From Acidobacteriota bacterium (GTDB lineage: Bacteria > Acidobacteriota > Thermoanaerobaculia > Gp7-AA8), in the NCBI GenBank assembly GCA_019244185.1, contig JAFATB010000019.1, positions 192,001 to 256,000 of the forward strand: a DNA stretch of 64,000 nucleotides. The letters are read 5' to 3'. The notes under the pieces are model-generated. The model did no database searches. It was not told the DNA's origin and saw only the letters and a list, made by a program, of their open reading frames with translations. Below, one piece after another: positions 18,562 to 29,000 of this stretch (its first letter is position 1; every line of letters begins with the position of its first letter). The translations under genes were made by a program, and so were the position numbers.

Positions 18562-20179
18562 AATCCCCCTGAATGCCTCACCACAAGCGCCGTTTGTTGT
18601 CCTCGATCGGCTGACGGTGGAGTATCGAAGGCACGGCGATAACCACGCGACCGCCGCCGTCCAGGACCTGAGCCTCTCCGTTCAGGAAAAGGAGTTCGTG
18701 GCCGTGGTCGGCCCAAGTGGATGTGGGAAATCGACCCTTATCCACACGCTCGCCGGCTTCGTTCCGCCGACGCGTGGGACTGTCACCGTTGGGGGAGCCG
18801 TGATTCAGGGTCCCTCCCCGGACCGGGGTGTTCTTTTCCAGCGTTTGGGGTTGTTCCCATGGGCAACGGTGGCGGCCAACGTTCGGTTCGGTCTCGATTT
18901 TGGCGGGACGGTTGGCGACGGACGTGCGTCGGTTGCCGAACTGCTGCAGCGAGTTGGTCTGGAGTCGTTTGCAGACTTCTATCCTGCGCAACTCTCGGGT
19001 GGTATGGCGCAACGCGTGGCCATCGCTCGCGTGCTTGCGCCAGCACCACAGGTGCTCTTGCTGGACGAGCCGTTTGTTGCGCTCGACGCACAGACGCGGG
19101 ATGAAATGCATCAACTCCTCTTGCGCCTCCACGAGCGGAAACCCATGACGGTCATTCTCGTGACGCACGACGTCGAAGAAGCCGTTCTCCTCGCCGACCG
19201 TGTCATCGTTCTGAGCGCGCGCCCGGCTCACGTCGTGCAGGACGTCCCCGTCGACCTGGGGCGGCCCCGCGAGCGCGATATGGCGATGGATGAGCGCTTC
19301 ATCGCGAGCCGCATTGAGATTTCCGATGCACTCCGGGAGGAGGTCTTGAGAGCGCGCCTCCAAGCCCGCACGCGAACGCTCCGCGCAAAGGGACGCAGGG
19401 TCATCCGAGTAGGCGCAGTGCCCACGGCTGAATCAGCACCATTGACACAAATCCGTGCGACTGCACCGACGGACGACGTTCTCTACGAATTCTTTGAGTA
19501 CGATTCTGGCGCCGCCATTGTGCGAACGCTTCTCAGCGGTGAGTGTGACGTGGCCGTCTTGGGCGCTTGCCCAGTTCTTGCGGCGCTCCACGAAGAGGCT
19601 GCGCTCGTTGTGGTGCGCGATGGCGGCCATGTCAAGAGTGGCTTGGCCGCGGCTTTGGTCGCGACGCCGACGGTTGCTGGTCTCACGCCCGAAGAGCTTG
19701 CGGAACTGCCGATTGGCATCAACGGACGCGGATCAAACGCGGAGTACCTAACACGCGCTTTTTTCCGAGACATCCAGCGCGAGGTGTCGATGGTCGTGAA
19801 ACCGTTCGACCAGCTTCTGCGGGAACTTGAGAAGCGGCGATTGCAGCTCGCCGGCCTGCCTGCACCCTATCTCCAACGGGCCGTCACCGATCTAGGTTGC
19901 GCGGTTGTCTGCAACTTTGCCGAGCTGGTCAACCCATTGCAGATCGCTGTGGTCGTCTGCAGGCGAGAACTGGATGGGTTCCTCCTGCATCCATTCGTAC
20001 GACAGTGGGACATCGCGGTACGTGAGATGGCCGCGAAGCTCAATTATGACGGCGATGCTTCCGCAACGAGGTGGTCGAATGAGCAGCTCGCCGACCGGCT
20101 CGCGGTGCTTGACCATTTAGTCGTCGCACCTGCGTACGGGAACACACTGCGGGTGAGTGACTACGTGCGCCTCGAATAG
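18554..20179 (+). CDS. ABC ATP-binding protein fused to a C-terminal NMT1/SsuA-like binding domain
   Basis: GPSGCGKS, LSGGMAQR, LLLDEPF, followed by about 260 aa of periplasmic-binding-like sequence. Confidence 0.88.
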   Translation: MGEIPLNASPQAPFVVLDRLTVEYRRHGDNHATAAVQDLSLSVQEKEFVAVVGPSGCGKSTLIHTLAGFVPPTRGTVTVGGAVIQGPSPDRGVLFQRLGLFPWATVAANVRFGLDFGGTVGDGRASVAELLQRVGLESFADFYPAQLSGGMAQRVAIARVLAPAPQVLLLDEPFVALDAQTRDEMHQLLLRLHERKPMTVILVTHDVEEAVLLADRVIVLSARPAHVVQDVPVDLGRPRERDMAMDERFIASRIEISDALREEVLRARLQARTRTLRAKGRRVIRVGAVPTAESAPLTQIRATAPTDDVLYEFFEYDSGAAIVRTLLSGECDVAVLGACPVLAALHEEAALVVVRDGGHVKSGLAAALVATPTVAGLTPEELAELPIGINGRGSNAEYLTRAFFRDIQREVSMVVKPFDQLLRELEKRRLQLAGLPAPYLQRAVTDLGCAVVCNFAELVNPLQIAVVVCRRELDGFLLHPFVRQWDIAVREMAAKLNYDGDASATRWSNEQLADRLAVLDHLVVAPAYGNTLRVSDYVRLE

Positions 20180-20201
20180 ACGATGGACGTGGGGACTCAC
20201 G

Positions 20202-21638
20202 TTGACAACAGCGAGCGATCAGTCAGGCTTTAGGCGTCTACGGGACGCCATAGAAGCCGTGGTGCGTCTCCGCCAGCAGGCTTGGCACGCCATCGTCGAG
20301 CATCTGTCACGACTGCGACCCGCCGGCGACGGCGGCGAAACAACGCGAGCCTCAAGGGTGCGGCGCGTATGCGTTCTCGTCTCAAGCTCGCGTGGCGGCG
20401 GTAGCGTAACGGCCGAGATGCTCCAGTGGCAAGGCGCCGAGTGTGACGTTTGGGGCCGCAGGATTCTCAGCCTTCCTGGCGAAGAGAAGCCGCATCTGAT
20501 TCTGGCCGGTTTGGCATATCCGGCACGGTCTGAGCGCTACGACGATCTCGAAGCCCCAGACGCATGCGCATCCGCTGTTGAGGGGCTGCTGAACGAGGTG
20601 TCGTCCGAAATAGGCTATCCGGCTGCCCAGACCAGCGATTGGCACCTCTACGCCTCCCAGCTTTACCGGCGTCTGTTGCTGCAGTGGCCCTTCGAGATGA
20701 TTCGGCTGCACCCGGAAGCCGTGACTTGTTCGATCGCCGACACGCTCCTGCGCGCGTTCCCTGAAGGATACCGCGACACGCCCGACAATAGGCGCCGCGT
20801 GCTGGACTGCTGCGTGTCTTGCTTCCCGTTTATTCGGTCCTCCTTCTACGACTGCGGCATCCTACGCAATACAAGCGACGCTCGCCTGCTCGCGCACGGG
20901 GCTTGGTCCTATGAGGAGCCACCATTCGTGCTTCCACCACCTTGGCACCATGCAAGCGCCGCAGAAGTTGAATGCGGAACACTCCTTCTTCGCGACCCCT
21001 CGAACGCTTGGCGGCTGCCATTCTGGCGGGTCACCTTTCCGACACAAGACATACGACTCCTGCATCTCGTTCGGGACGTAGCGGAGTCCGTCCAAGGTCT
21101 TTGTGACGGCTGGAATTACGTCTTTGGCTTCCAGACGCTTCCGAGCGATTTGCCTCTCCGCATTTCTGGGTATTCGAATCACGTCACGAGTGTCGAGACA
21201 GCCTGGAAGCGCTTTCGACTCAACTTCTCCGTCGATCGCCAGCTCAGCGAGCTGCTGCTTACGGACCGGCGTCCTATGGAGCTTGCGCATGTGTGCTCGA
21301 TGCAGTGGCGATTCGCACACGAACGGATACTCGCCGATGCCTCCATCCTCAGTCTACCGCGGCTGCAGCTGCAGTTTTCGGACGTCCGATCCCAACCGCT
21401 CCAGGCGTTGGAGAACGCATGTGTAGCACTGAACCTCGGAGTATCGAAGTCTGGCGCTGACTATGGCCGATCGTTTTCCTCGCGGCGAGTCATGGCAACC
21501 GACACGAACGATCGCGGAGTTTCATTTGAGCGTTGGAGGCAGTCGCCCTACGCATCGGTGATAACGCGATTAGCCAAAAGCGAGGATGTTGCTAACGTAG
21601 CCCGCTGCCTCGGATTGACTCGGGTTCGGGACGACTAA
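20202..21638 (+). CDS. Sulfotransferase-like P-loop protein (alternative start 20157)
   Basis: VLVSSSRGGGS (5'-PSB-like), LLLRDPSNAWRLPFW, LLHLVRD (3'-PB-like). Confidence 0.65.
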   Translation: MTTASDQSGFRRLRDAIEAVVRLRQQAWHAIVEHLSRLRPAGDGGETTRASRVRRVCVLVSSSRGGGSVTAEMLQWQGAECDVWGRRILSLPGEEKPHLILAGLAYPARSERYDDLEAPDACASAVEGLLNEVSSEIGYPAAQTSDWHLYASQLYRRLLLQWPFEMIRLHPEAVTCSIADTLLRAFPEGYRDTPDNRRRVLDCCVSCFPFIRSSFYDCGILRNTSDARLLAHGAWSYEEPPFVLPPPWHHASAAEVECGTLLLRDPSNAWRLPFWRVTFPTQDIRLLHLVRDVAESVQGLCDGWNYVFGFQTLPSDLPLRISGYSNHVTSVETAWKRFRLNFSVDRQLSELLLTDRRPMELAHVCSMQWRFAHERILADASILSLPRLQLQFSDVRSQPLQALENACVALNLGVSKSGADYGRSFSSRRVMATDTNDRGVSFERWRQSPYASVITRLAKSEDVANVARCLGLTRVRDD

Positions 21639-21691
21639 CATGGCCGCTACCGCGCGATTGAATTGTGGTCGAGCGTTTGGGAGGTTACTGT

Positions 21692-22495
21692 ATGCAAACG
21701 TGTTTAGCGCCGTTTTTCATCGGTCGCGCTGAATTGAATCTGGACATGCACGGCACCTTTGATGTCGTGTTGCCATCTGACTTGGTGGGCGATGAGCCTG
21801 GTTCGATGGAAGCTATCGTTCGCATCAATAGCGCAATACGAGATGTGGTCGCTGATTGTGCGGCGCGCGGCGAAGTGGCGCTCGTCTTGTGTGGGGATTG
21901 TTTGAGTGCCATTGGGTGTCTAGCCGGCCTCGAGCGACGTGATGTTTACCCCTTCCTGCTGTGGTTCGATGCTCACGGCGACTTCCACACGACAGAGACG
22001 ACGCTGAGCGGTCACCTCGGAGGAATGCCGCTAGCAATGATTACTGGCAGGGGCGATACCTCCTTGCTGTCAGGCGTGGGCCTTTCCCCGTTAGCCGACA
22101 CCCGTGTTTGCCTTATCGGCGCCCGAGATGTGGAGCCAGGCGAAAGAGAGCTACTTGCGGCTTCCGACGTGCTTCAGGGTCGATGTCTCGCTGACGTGTT
22201 GGAAAGATTGCCTAAGGGATGTCCGGTGTGGGTACACTTCGATACGGACTACATAAGCTCTCGCGACGCGCCAGCGATGCGCTATCCCGCGAGCGGAGGC
22301 CCTTCAGCGCTCGACGTTAGGGCAGAGTTCGAGATGATCGCACGAAGGTTCTCTGTCTTGGGAGTGTCAATATCAGCGTGGGCCCCTCACTTGGACGAAG
22401 GGAGCCGCACGGCGTCAGCATGCTGGGGGGCGATAGCCGGCATCCTGCCCCATGGAGATCGCGCGAATGAAAGCGGAGATCGGCGCGGCGACTAA
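21692..22495 (+). CDS. Arginase-family ureohydrolase
   Basis: GDC, WFDAHGDFHT.ETT.SG.LGGMPLA, VHFDTD; GGAGG RBS. Confidence 0.9.
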   Translation: MQTCLAPFFIGRAELNLDMHGTFDVVLPSDLVGDEPGSMEAIVRINSAIRDVVADCAARGEVALVLCGDCLSAIGCLAGLERRDVYPFLLWFDAHGDFHTTETTLSGHLGGMPLAMITGRGDTSLLSGVGLSPLADTRVCLIGARDVEPGERELLAASDVLQGRCLADVLERLPKGCPVWVHFDTDYISSRDAPAMRYPASGGPSALDVRAEFEMIARRFSVLGVSISAWAPHLDEGSRTASACWGAIAGILPHGDRANESGDRRGD

Positions 22496-22832
22496 GAGTA
22501 CGGATGCAGGTGCGTATGGACAAAATAACAGCGATTCAAGATCTCGCACGTGCCGCCTTTGGTGGCCCGCCGCAACTGGCCTACGGCGACTATCTCTGCG
22601 GAATCGCGACCAACCACCTCGGTCGGCATGCTCTTCGCGCCGAAAAATGGCAAAGAGTTGCGCGAGGACGTATGCGACGTGACGACCGCGGACATGAGCA
22701 TCGACGTTCTAAACGAGGCACAGGCGGATCGCCGTCGACCCCAAAACGCTCTCCACGGGCGAGGAGGAGTGGCGCACCCGTTCCTATGTCCGCGTCTTCA
22801 CCGCGTCACAACGCCGCCCGTCACGAGTGTTT

Positions 22833-23486
22833 TTATGAGATGTGCTCAGATGCCCTGCTCGCCGTCATCACTTGAAACTGCCGTGCATAGTCGTCAATGA
22901 GCATTTCTAGCGCCGCGACAGTTGTGCTCTTCCAGCGATCCAAATACGCAAATGTTTCGCGCTCCATCGCATGAAAACTGTGGGAAGTTGCCGCTCGATA
23001 TACAACGGCCGCCGCGAGTCCTATCGCGCCGATGACGAGCGGGACCTGAACTGCCGCGAGAGCCGTGCGGGCAATGGCCATCCGTACGCCGCCGCCCGCC
23101 AAGAGTCCCGCGGCCGCAGAATAGACGACCCGGCGGTCTGGAGCGAATGACACCGCCTGCACTGGTGGCAGTGTCGTCGCCTCTCTTGTATGCGCTGTCC
23201 ACGCGCTGTTGAACTCGTGGAAGCGCTTACGAAGCGAGACGTCGGCTCCCGCCAGCGACTCCAGCGCGTCTTTGGCCACGTGGTTGAGGAGCGAGTCGAG
23301 CAGCAGCCGCTCCTTCCGTCCCAATACTGCTTCGAAGTAGCCAGCGATGCGCTCTCTTGCTTGCGCCGCGTCGGACGAGCCGGGCTCCAGGTAATGCGAG
23401 CGTACGTACTCGATCAACTCAGCGCTGATCTCGTCCGCATCACGCCGCGTTCTCTGTCGGGTCGAAAGAAATTCGGTCGATTGCAT
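22833..23486 (-). CDS. Helical protein with a two-TM hairpin, co-transcribed with the dynamin
   Basis: ATG at 23486 with a GGGAGGGA RBS; hydrophobic pair YSAAAGLLAGGG and VPLVIGAIGLAAAVVY. Confidence 0.7.
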   Translation of the reverse strand: MQSTEFLSTRQRTRRDADEISAELIEYVRSHYLEPGSSDAAQARERIAGYFEAVLGRKERLLLDSLLNHVAKDALESLAGADVSLRKRFHEFNSAWTAHTREATTLPPVQAVSFAPDRRVVYSAAAGLLAGGGVRMAIARTALAAVQVPLVIGAIGLAAAVVYRAATSHSFHAMERETFAYLDRWKSTTVAALEMLIDDYARQFQVMTASRASEHIS

Positions 23487-23514
23487 GGTGTCCCTCCCGT
23501 ATCGCACGCGATGT

Positions 23515-25710
23515 TTAGAGGACTGCGGTGAGTTCGTCGATCGTTCCGCGCTCTTTCGCGGTCGTCTGTTCCTGTCCTTCGAGAAATCGAATCTCCTCCC
23601 GGAGAACCTCCGCTTCCTGGCGCTCGTTGAGCAGGCGGTCGTAGGCTGAGGAGCGCTCGGCGACCACCAACGCCATCCGGCTGTTGAAATCAGCCCGATA
23701 CCCACTAGCCGTAAGGCTGACCGCCTCGGTCATATCGTCGCTCAACTTCTGGACTGCCAGTTGAGACAGTTGGCGAAACTCCTCGAAATGTTTGCGCTCA
23801 TTGCGAATTTTCTGCTGGCGGTCAGGAGCACCATCGAAAAACTCCTTGGCCGCCTGCGCTCCCCCCAGCAGCGCGGCCCCCAGAACAGCACCGGGAGGTC
23901 CTCCGACCAGGAAGCCTCCGATGCCTCCGAGGAGTGCACCGATAATTCCGCCCACAGCCGCGCGCGGCTTCCGATCGCCTTTCACCTTGATGTACTCGTA
24001 CGCGCGGTCCTCCGCGTCACGTGTGATCGCTTCCATGCTAATTGTTGGAAGATGAACTGAGTACTTCGACTCGAACGTCTGTCCGAGCTCTCTCATCTTT
24101 CGCTCGTACGCCTCTCGGAGAGCCGCCACTCGTTGTTTAAGCAACCCATCGGATTCGTTGCTGAAATCGACGAGAAGTTTCTTCATCTCATCGATGGAAG
24201 CTGCGTCTGAGAGAGCTTTGTCGTATCGCTTCGCAAGCGCAGAAAACGCAACCTGCGTTTCGCCGAGGCCGGTGAAGGCGTCGAGGTCCTGCGTTCCAAA
24301 TGAGGCAAGCGCGTCCTGGTAGCGCTTTAAGATCTCCTTGAGCTGTTCAATCTCCTCCTCGAAATCTTCAGGGGGACGCGTCACCTGGCTCCTGCGCAAA
24401 TGGATGCGCTCACCGTAGATGCGGCGATGCTCGTGATAAGCATCTGCGATGTGGGTCAAGATCGAGCCTACGAAGCTCGCAAATGCCTTACTGGAAAACT
24501 CGCGCAGCAGAGCTTCCGCCGCATCGAAGTTGGAGTCGCGTGCCAGCGCTTGCCGGATCGTGGTGGCGGTGTCTGGCGATCGCCCTTTCTCCCGCTGCTC
24601 CGCTTCCTCCTGAATGTAGTAGGCCAGCAACCGCTTGATCTCTTCGTCGCGGCGCAGCGCCTCAACCTTCTCGCCCGCGTCGATGCGGTTCGCTATGATC
24701 TTGAGGAGGCTGTCGATGGCCAGAATACGCCCCCGCCTGATTTCAGACTCGGGGTAGAGCGAGTGCGTCTCGTGGACTAGCGTCGTGCGTTGAGCGGCTG
24801 TTAGCGACCAGGCGTGCGTCAGAAAGAGGAACGCGTTCTGCTTGGGCTTCTGCGGCACCTTATGCTTGAAGAAATGCTCCAGCGACCTGCTGGCGATGTT
24901 GTCGGCCCGGTGTAGCAGGACCACCGCGTCGGCATCGACGATGTACTTGATCGTCGCCTCGTCTAGTCCGCCACGCGCGTTGACCCCCGGCGTGTCGACG
25001 ATGTGGAGATCGGAGTACCCAAAGCGAAGTGGATATCCTACCGTCACCTGAACGGGGATTCGCTGCAAATCGCGGTACTCGTCGAGGTAGTGCCGGACGA
25101 GCGCGACGAACTTCGCCTTGGGAAGGCGATGTGGGCTTTCCAGGAGAGCCTCGCCATTCTCGTCGCGTCTCTCCAACAGTTCGGCCACGATCTCGTCGGT
25201 GATCGCCTCAGGCTGTTCGGTGAGCAGGTATTCGTTCAGCTGGAAGATCGGGAGATCACGATACTCCTCGCGCACCGCTGCGATGGCCTCTAGGCGGTCG
25301 CGCATCGGGCCGAGGTCTTCCGCCCTTCCGCTTTCAAATTCCAGCCGGGCTTCGGGCATCGTCCCGTACCGCACGCTGAGAAACACGGGGGGGCGTCCCG
25401 GCTGATACGCGGTGTCAACGATCTCAATGACGCCGCTCGTGCACTGAAGAATGTCGGAGGGAAGGACTCTCTGCCGAAGTAATGCGTTGAGGAACGTCGA
25501 CTTACCGGCCTTGGCCTCCCCAACGACTACCAGCAGGTACCTTCCTTCCGCGAGCTTTCTGATGTCGTTCGCGAGAAACTTTAGGTCGTTTTCCGACAGC
25601 GGATCGCTGACGTTAGTATTCTTCACCAGTTCCGATCGCGCCCGCATGTATCGGTGAAAGATGTCTAACGTCGCGGCGCGAATCTGTTCCTGTTGCTGCT
25701 GAGCGAACAC
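23515..25710 (-). CDS. Bacterial dynamin-like GTPase
   Basis: G1 VVGEAKAGKSTFLNALL, G2 CT, G3 IVDTPG, coiled coils and a Gly-zipper membrane paddle. Confidence 0.88.
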   Translation of the reverse strand: MFAQQQQEQIRAATLDIFHRYMRARSELVKNTNVSDPLSENDLKFLANDIRKLAEGRYLLVVVGEAKAGKSTFLNALLRQRVLPSDILQCTSGVIEIVDTAYQPGRPPVFLSVRYGTMPEARLEFESGRAEDLGPMRDRLEAIAAVREEYRDLPIFQLNEYLLTEQPEAITDEIVAELLERRDENGEALLESPHRLPKAKFVALVRHYLDEYRDLQRIPVQVTVGYPLRFGYSDLHIVDTPGVNARGGLDEATIKYIVDADAVVLLHRADNIASRSLEHFFKHKVPQKPKQNAFLFLTHAWSLTAAQRTTLVHETHSLYPESEIRRGRILAIDSLLKIIANRIDAGEKVEALRRDEEIKRLLAYYIQEEAEQREKGRSPDTATTIRQALARDSNFDAAEALLREFSSKAFASFVGSILTHIADAYHEHRRIYGERIHLRRSQVTRPPEDFEEEIEQLKEILKRYQDALASFGTQDLDAFTGLGETQVAFSALAKRYDKALSDAASIDEMKKLLVDFSNESDGLLKQRVAALREAYERKMRELGQTFESKYSVHLPTISMEAITRDAEDRAYEYIKVKGDRKPRAAVGGIIGALLGGIGGFLVGGPPGAVLGAALLGGAQAAKEFFDGAPDRQQKIRNERKHFEEFRQLSQLAVQKLSDDMTEAVSLTASGYRADFNSRMALVVAERSSAYDRLLNERQEAEVLREEIRFLEGQEQTTAKERGTIDELTAVL

Positions 25711-25744
25711 TCGTCACCTCTCCGCAAGGATGTTGTGTATGAAG

Positions 25745-25773
25745 GGAGTGACCGGAAAAAGCATTTCCCTACC
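25745..25773 (-). promoter_or_regulatory. GGTAGGGAA-N14-CACTCC motif, copy 3 (upstream of the dynamin operon), abutting a G9 run
   Basis: Exact motif and spacing on the minus strand. Confidence 0.75.
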
Positions 25774-25792
25774 CCCCCCCACGCGCCACCGA

Positions 25793-25884
25793 CCGCACGG
25801 TGATTTGCAGGATCGCGTCACGGGGCGTAGCGCTTTCGCACGGTTACCGTCACCGTGTCGGTGCCGGCGTGTGTCGCGGTGTAG
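25793..25884 (-). pseudogene. Remnant of the 3' end of a paralog of the 10893-12125 secreted protein
   Basis: Translates YTATHAGTDTVTVTV...LQITVR, versus YTATHAGTDTVTLTV...VQIVVR in the full gene. Confidence 0.7.
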
Positions 25885-26007
25885 GCGGGACGGTTCTCGG
25901 TGTTCCGCAGTTACACCGCGGCCGCCGGGCTACCGCCGGATCGGCGCCACTCGTACGTTTTGCCGTACCCGATACTGTCGGCCAACCCATCTGCTGTCAT
26001 CGTCCGG

Positions 26008-29000
26008 CTAGGCGCTTGCTATCACGGCGAACGGCAGTTGATACGTTTCCATAAGGTGATTCTCCGTTACGCTTAGCAGTTCCAGCTGGCTCTGGGATGC
26101 CCTGGAGGTGGAGAGGCCCGGCTGAACAACAAAGACCTTCACGCGCAGAGCGCGCTCGCGACTGATCTCGCGGATGCGGATCAACTCCTCGGACGTGCCA
26201 CGCTCGATTCGTGAACCGCCCTGCTCTTGGGCTGCCGCCTCGCGCCGGAGCAGATGCGTCAGCATGTCCGTCTGCCGCTCTGTTGAGGCCATCCACGAAA
26301 TGCACTTCTGCGCCTGGCCGCACACCTCGTACAAATCGCCGACGCGGGCTCCCGGCGCGTCACCCTTCGCATACTTGCAGTGGTACAGCTCCAGGATGAC
26401 CTCCGTCGGAATGTCGCCCTCGCCGACCAGCCGTATCGCCACAACATCCGCGAGTTCGCCCTTCCCATCATCGTCGAAGATGACCGCATACGCAGGATCT
26501 TTTAGCAATTCCTGAATTACGCGTGCCTGAACGGAATCCGCGTCCTTCGTGAACCCCTGTGACTCCTTCCGGATATTCGTCCCGGCCCAATCCCATGTTC
26601 GGATCTTCTGTGGGTCATACGGCGGCTGATGCACCTTTAGCTCAACGTGCTCGTTTCCTTCGAGCGAGGAGCCGTCAACGAACCAGATCAGCGGAGGCTC
26701 TTCGTAAAAGAACTCCGTGAGGTCGCAAGGTTCGGCCCGATCTCCGCGGCGGATAGTCACCGTCGTGTCTCCGACGATGCGAAACGCGTAGTTGGGCGCG
26801 TCGTCGTCCTCAAACAGCTCCAGCTCAACGACTACCGAAACCGTCTCGGACGGGATGCTTATTTGGAGAGCGCCATCGCTCGTTGGCTCAACTAAGTCGA
26901 TACTCAACCCGCTAAGAGGAACATCAACTCCATCAATCGTGATCGTCCATTGGGCTTCATTCGCTTTATAGATCTCCTCCGGCCAGTCAGCGTAAATCGG
27001 CATGACTGTCGGCCGCGTCGATACGTCTGAGCGTTCAATGTTCCCTTGAGAACCTCATCTGGATCGATTGTCGTATCCAGCAGTTTTTGGCCAACTTCGT
27101 CGCACCACGTAATGAATCTCGCAACATTCTCCCGTTGATGCGACCACACGCGGCCGCGACGCGACGCGCCGATCGTCGCGCGATGTCCGTTCTCAAACCC
27201 GCCGCCGGCGAGTACGCTCTTTCGGCCCTTTCGCTTGATGACATCGGTGAGTGCCGATGCCACATCTGCACCCATGCGGCCGGTATAGCGAACATTTCGG
27301 CCGAGCTGCTCCGACAGCCCGACATTCTGCAGCTTCAGACGTGTAATGCCGGAAAAGGTGCGAAATACGTCCTGCCCTTTGATGAGCGTCACATCTTCAC
27401 CGGCGACGGCGCGCGCCAAGGATCTGTATTCGCCGGCATTCGCCGAGCAGTTGATGAACAGGAGCTTCTGCGTCGCCGACCAATGCAAGACGTACAGCTC
27501 CCATTGCCAGTCGTAGATCGTTTCGACATCGCTCCACGAAAGCGCGAGTCGCTTCGCTGTCACGACTACCAAAACAGTCTTATCCGCGTTCAAGGCAGGG
27601 TACACTTGCTCGCAGTTTGCGATGCCGGGTATCCCTTCCCGAAAGTTTTCCGGTGCCCAGTTCTCACAAGCGGTCTTGAACACGACGGCGCTGCACGCTG
27701 GCCTTAGTGTCTTCAGGGGGATTTCTTCCGGAAAGTCCGTAAAGCCGGCGAGGAATGTCTGGAGATTGATCTGCTCGCCGATGAGCGTGTCGCTCAGTTC
27801 CGGCAACAGTACATTCCAATCCGGGTCACGGTTGTAGAGCTTTCGCAGCTCTGCGCGGACGTTCACATCGGCGACGTTCGCGATGAATGTAGCGTCGCCA
27901 AGATCCTGTCGTGCACGCGTGAACCGCCCTGCGAGTTGCAGCGTTACCGCGAGCGTCTTGCGGATGTCGTGGAATGCGGCGATTTTTAGCTCGGGAAGAT
28001 CGAAGCCTTCGCCGAGCATGTCAACACACACCACAATCTTCGATTTGCCCGAAAGGATCGCATCTCGCGCCGCTTCGCGCGCTTTAGTCGATTTGACACC
28101 TGTGTGGAGCTGCACAGGATTGAATTCTCGATACCGCTTGTAGATGTCAAACACCCGCTGCGCATCACGCAGGGTTTCAACGCGTGCCATGAGAATATGG
28201 CCCTTGGTGGCGTCTGCGCGTAGCTGTTCGATCGCTGCGTTCGCGATGGCCTGATCCACGCGTGAGGGATTGAACTCGTACACTGACCGAAATTGGATCG
28301 GTCGGAAGTACCCGTCTTCTTGAGCTTTCTTGAGCGAATATTTGTAGATGATCTTGCCATCGAGCGTTCGGCCGTCTTCACGGAAAGGCGTCGCTGTGAA
28401 CTGCAACACTCGTTTCGCCGAGAAACGCTCCATGAACGCACGCCACGTGGGTGACTCCGCGTGATGCGCCTCGTCGATGAACAAATATGGACAATGATGG
28501 GCCATCCGATCCTGAACGTCGTCGTCGCATTGGCTCGCGATTGCGCTCGTCATGACGATGACGTGGCATTGCTCAAAGAATGCGTCGACCTCGGCGACGC
28601 TCGTCGGTACGTGTGTGAGCATGCCGACAACAGGGCAGCGCGCCGATGCGGCGAGAACGGCGCTGCCTGGCATCTTCAGCACGCCAAGCGACAGAAACTT
28701 CTCGGCGAGCTGCGTTCGCAGCGCGTCGGTCGGCACCACCACAAGCAACCGCTCACAAGCTGCCGACGTCAGGACCGACAGCATGACTTCGGTCTTTCCC
28801 GTGCCCGTTGGCATCACGATCGTTCCCACGTCTGAGGACAACGACCAGTGCGAATGGACTGCGTGGACTGCACCGATCTGCGGGCGCCGGAGTCCGATGA
28901 TGCTCCGGCTCGCATCTTCTTCCACGTAGCGAAACGCGTGCGCCCATGATTCGCGCGTGTTGCCTATCTCTCTTCGCACGTCGGGATTCGTAATTCTCTT

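Noticed and set aside
22496-22832. Short ORFs between the arginase and the dynamin partner
   Set aside because: No recognisable motif or consistent frame; possibly decayed sequence.
13272-25775. GGGG-starting inverted repeats (13272-13305 and 25742-25775) as Tn3-like transposon ends
   Set aside because: No target duplication or transposase. The same bipartite motif occurs singly at 5079 and 51009, which fits a promoter better.
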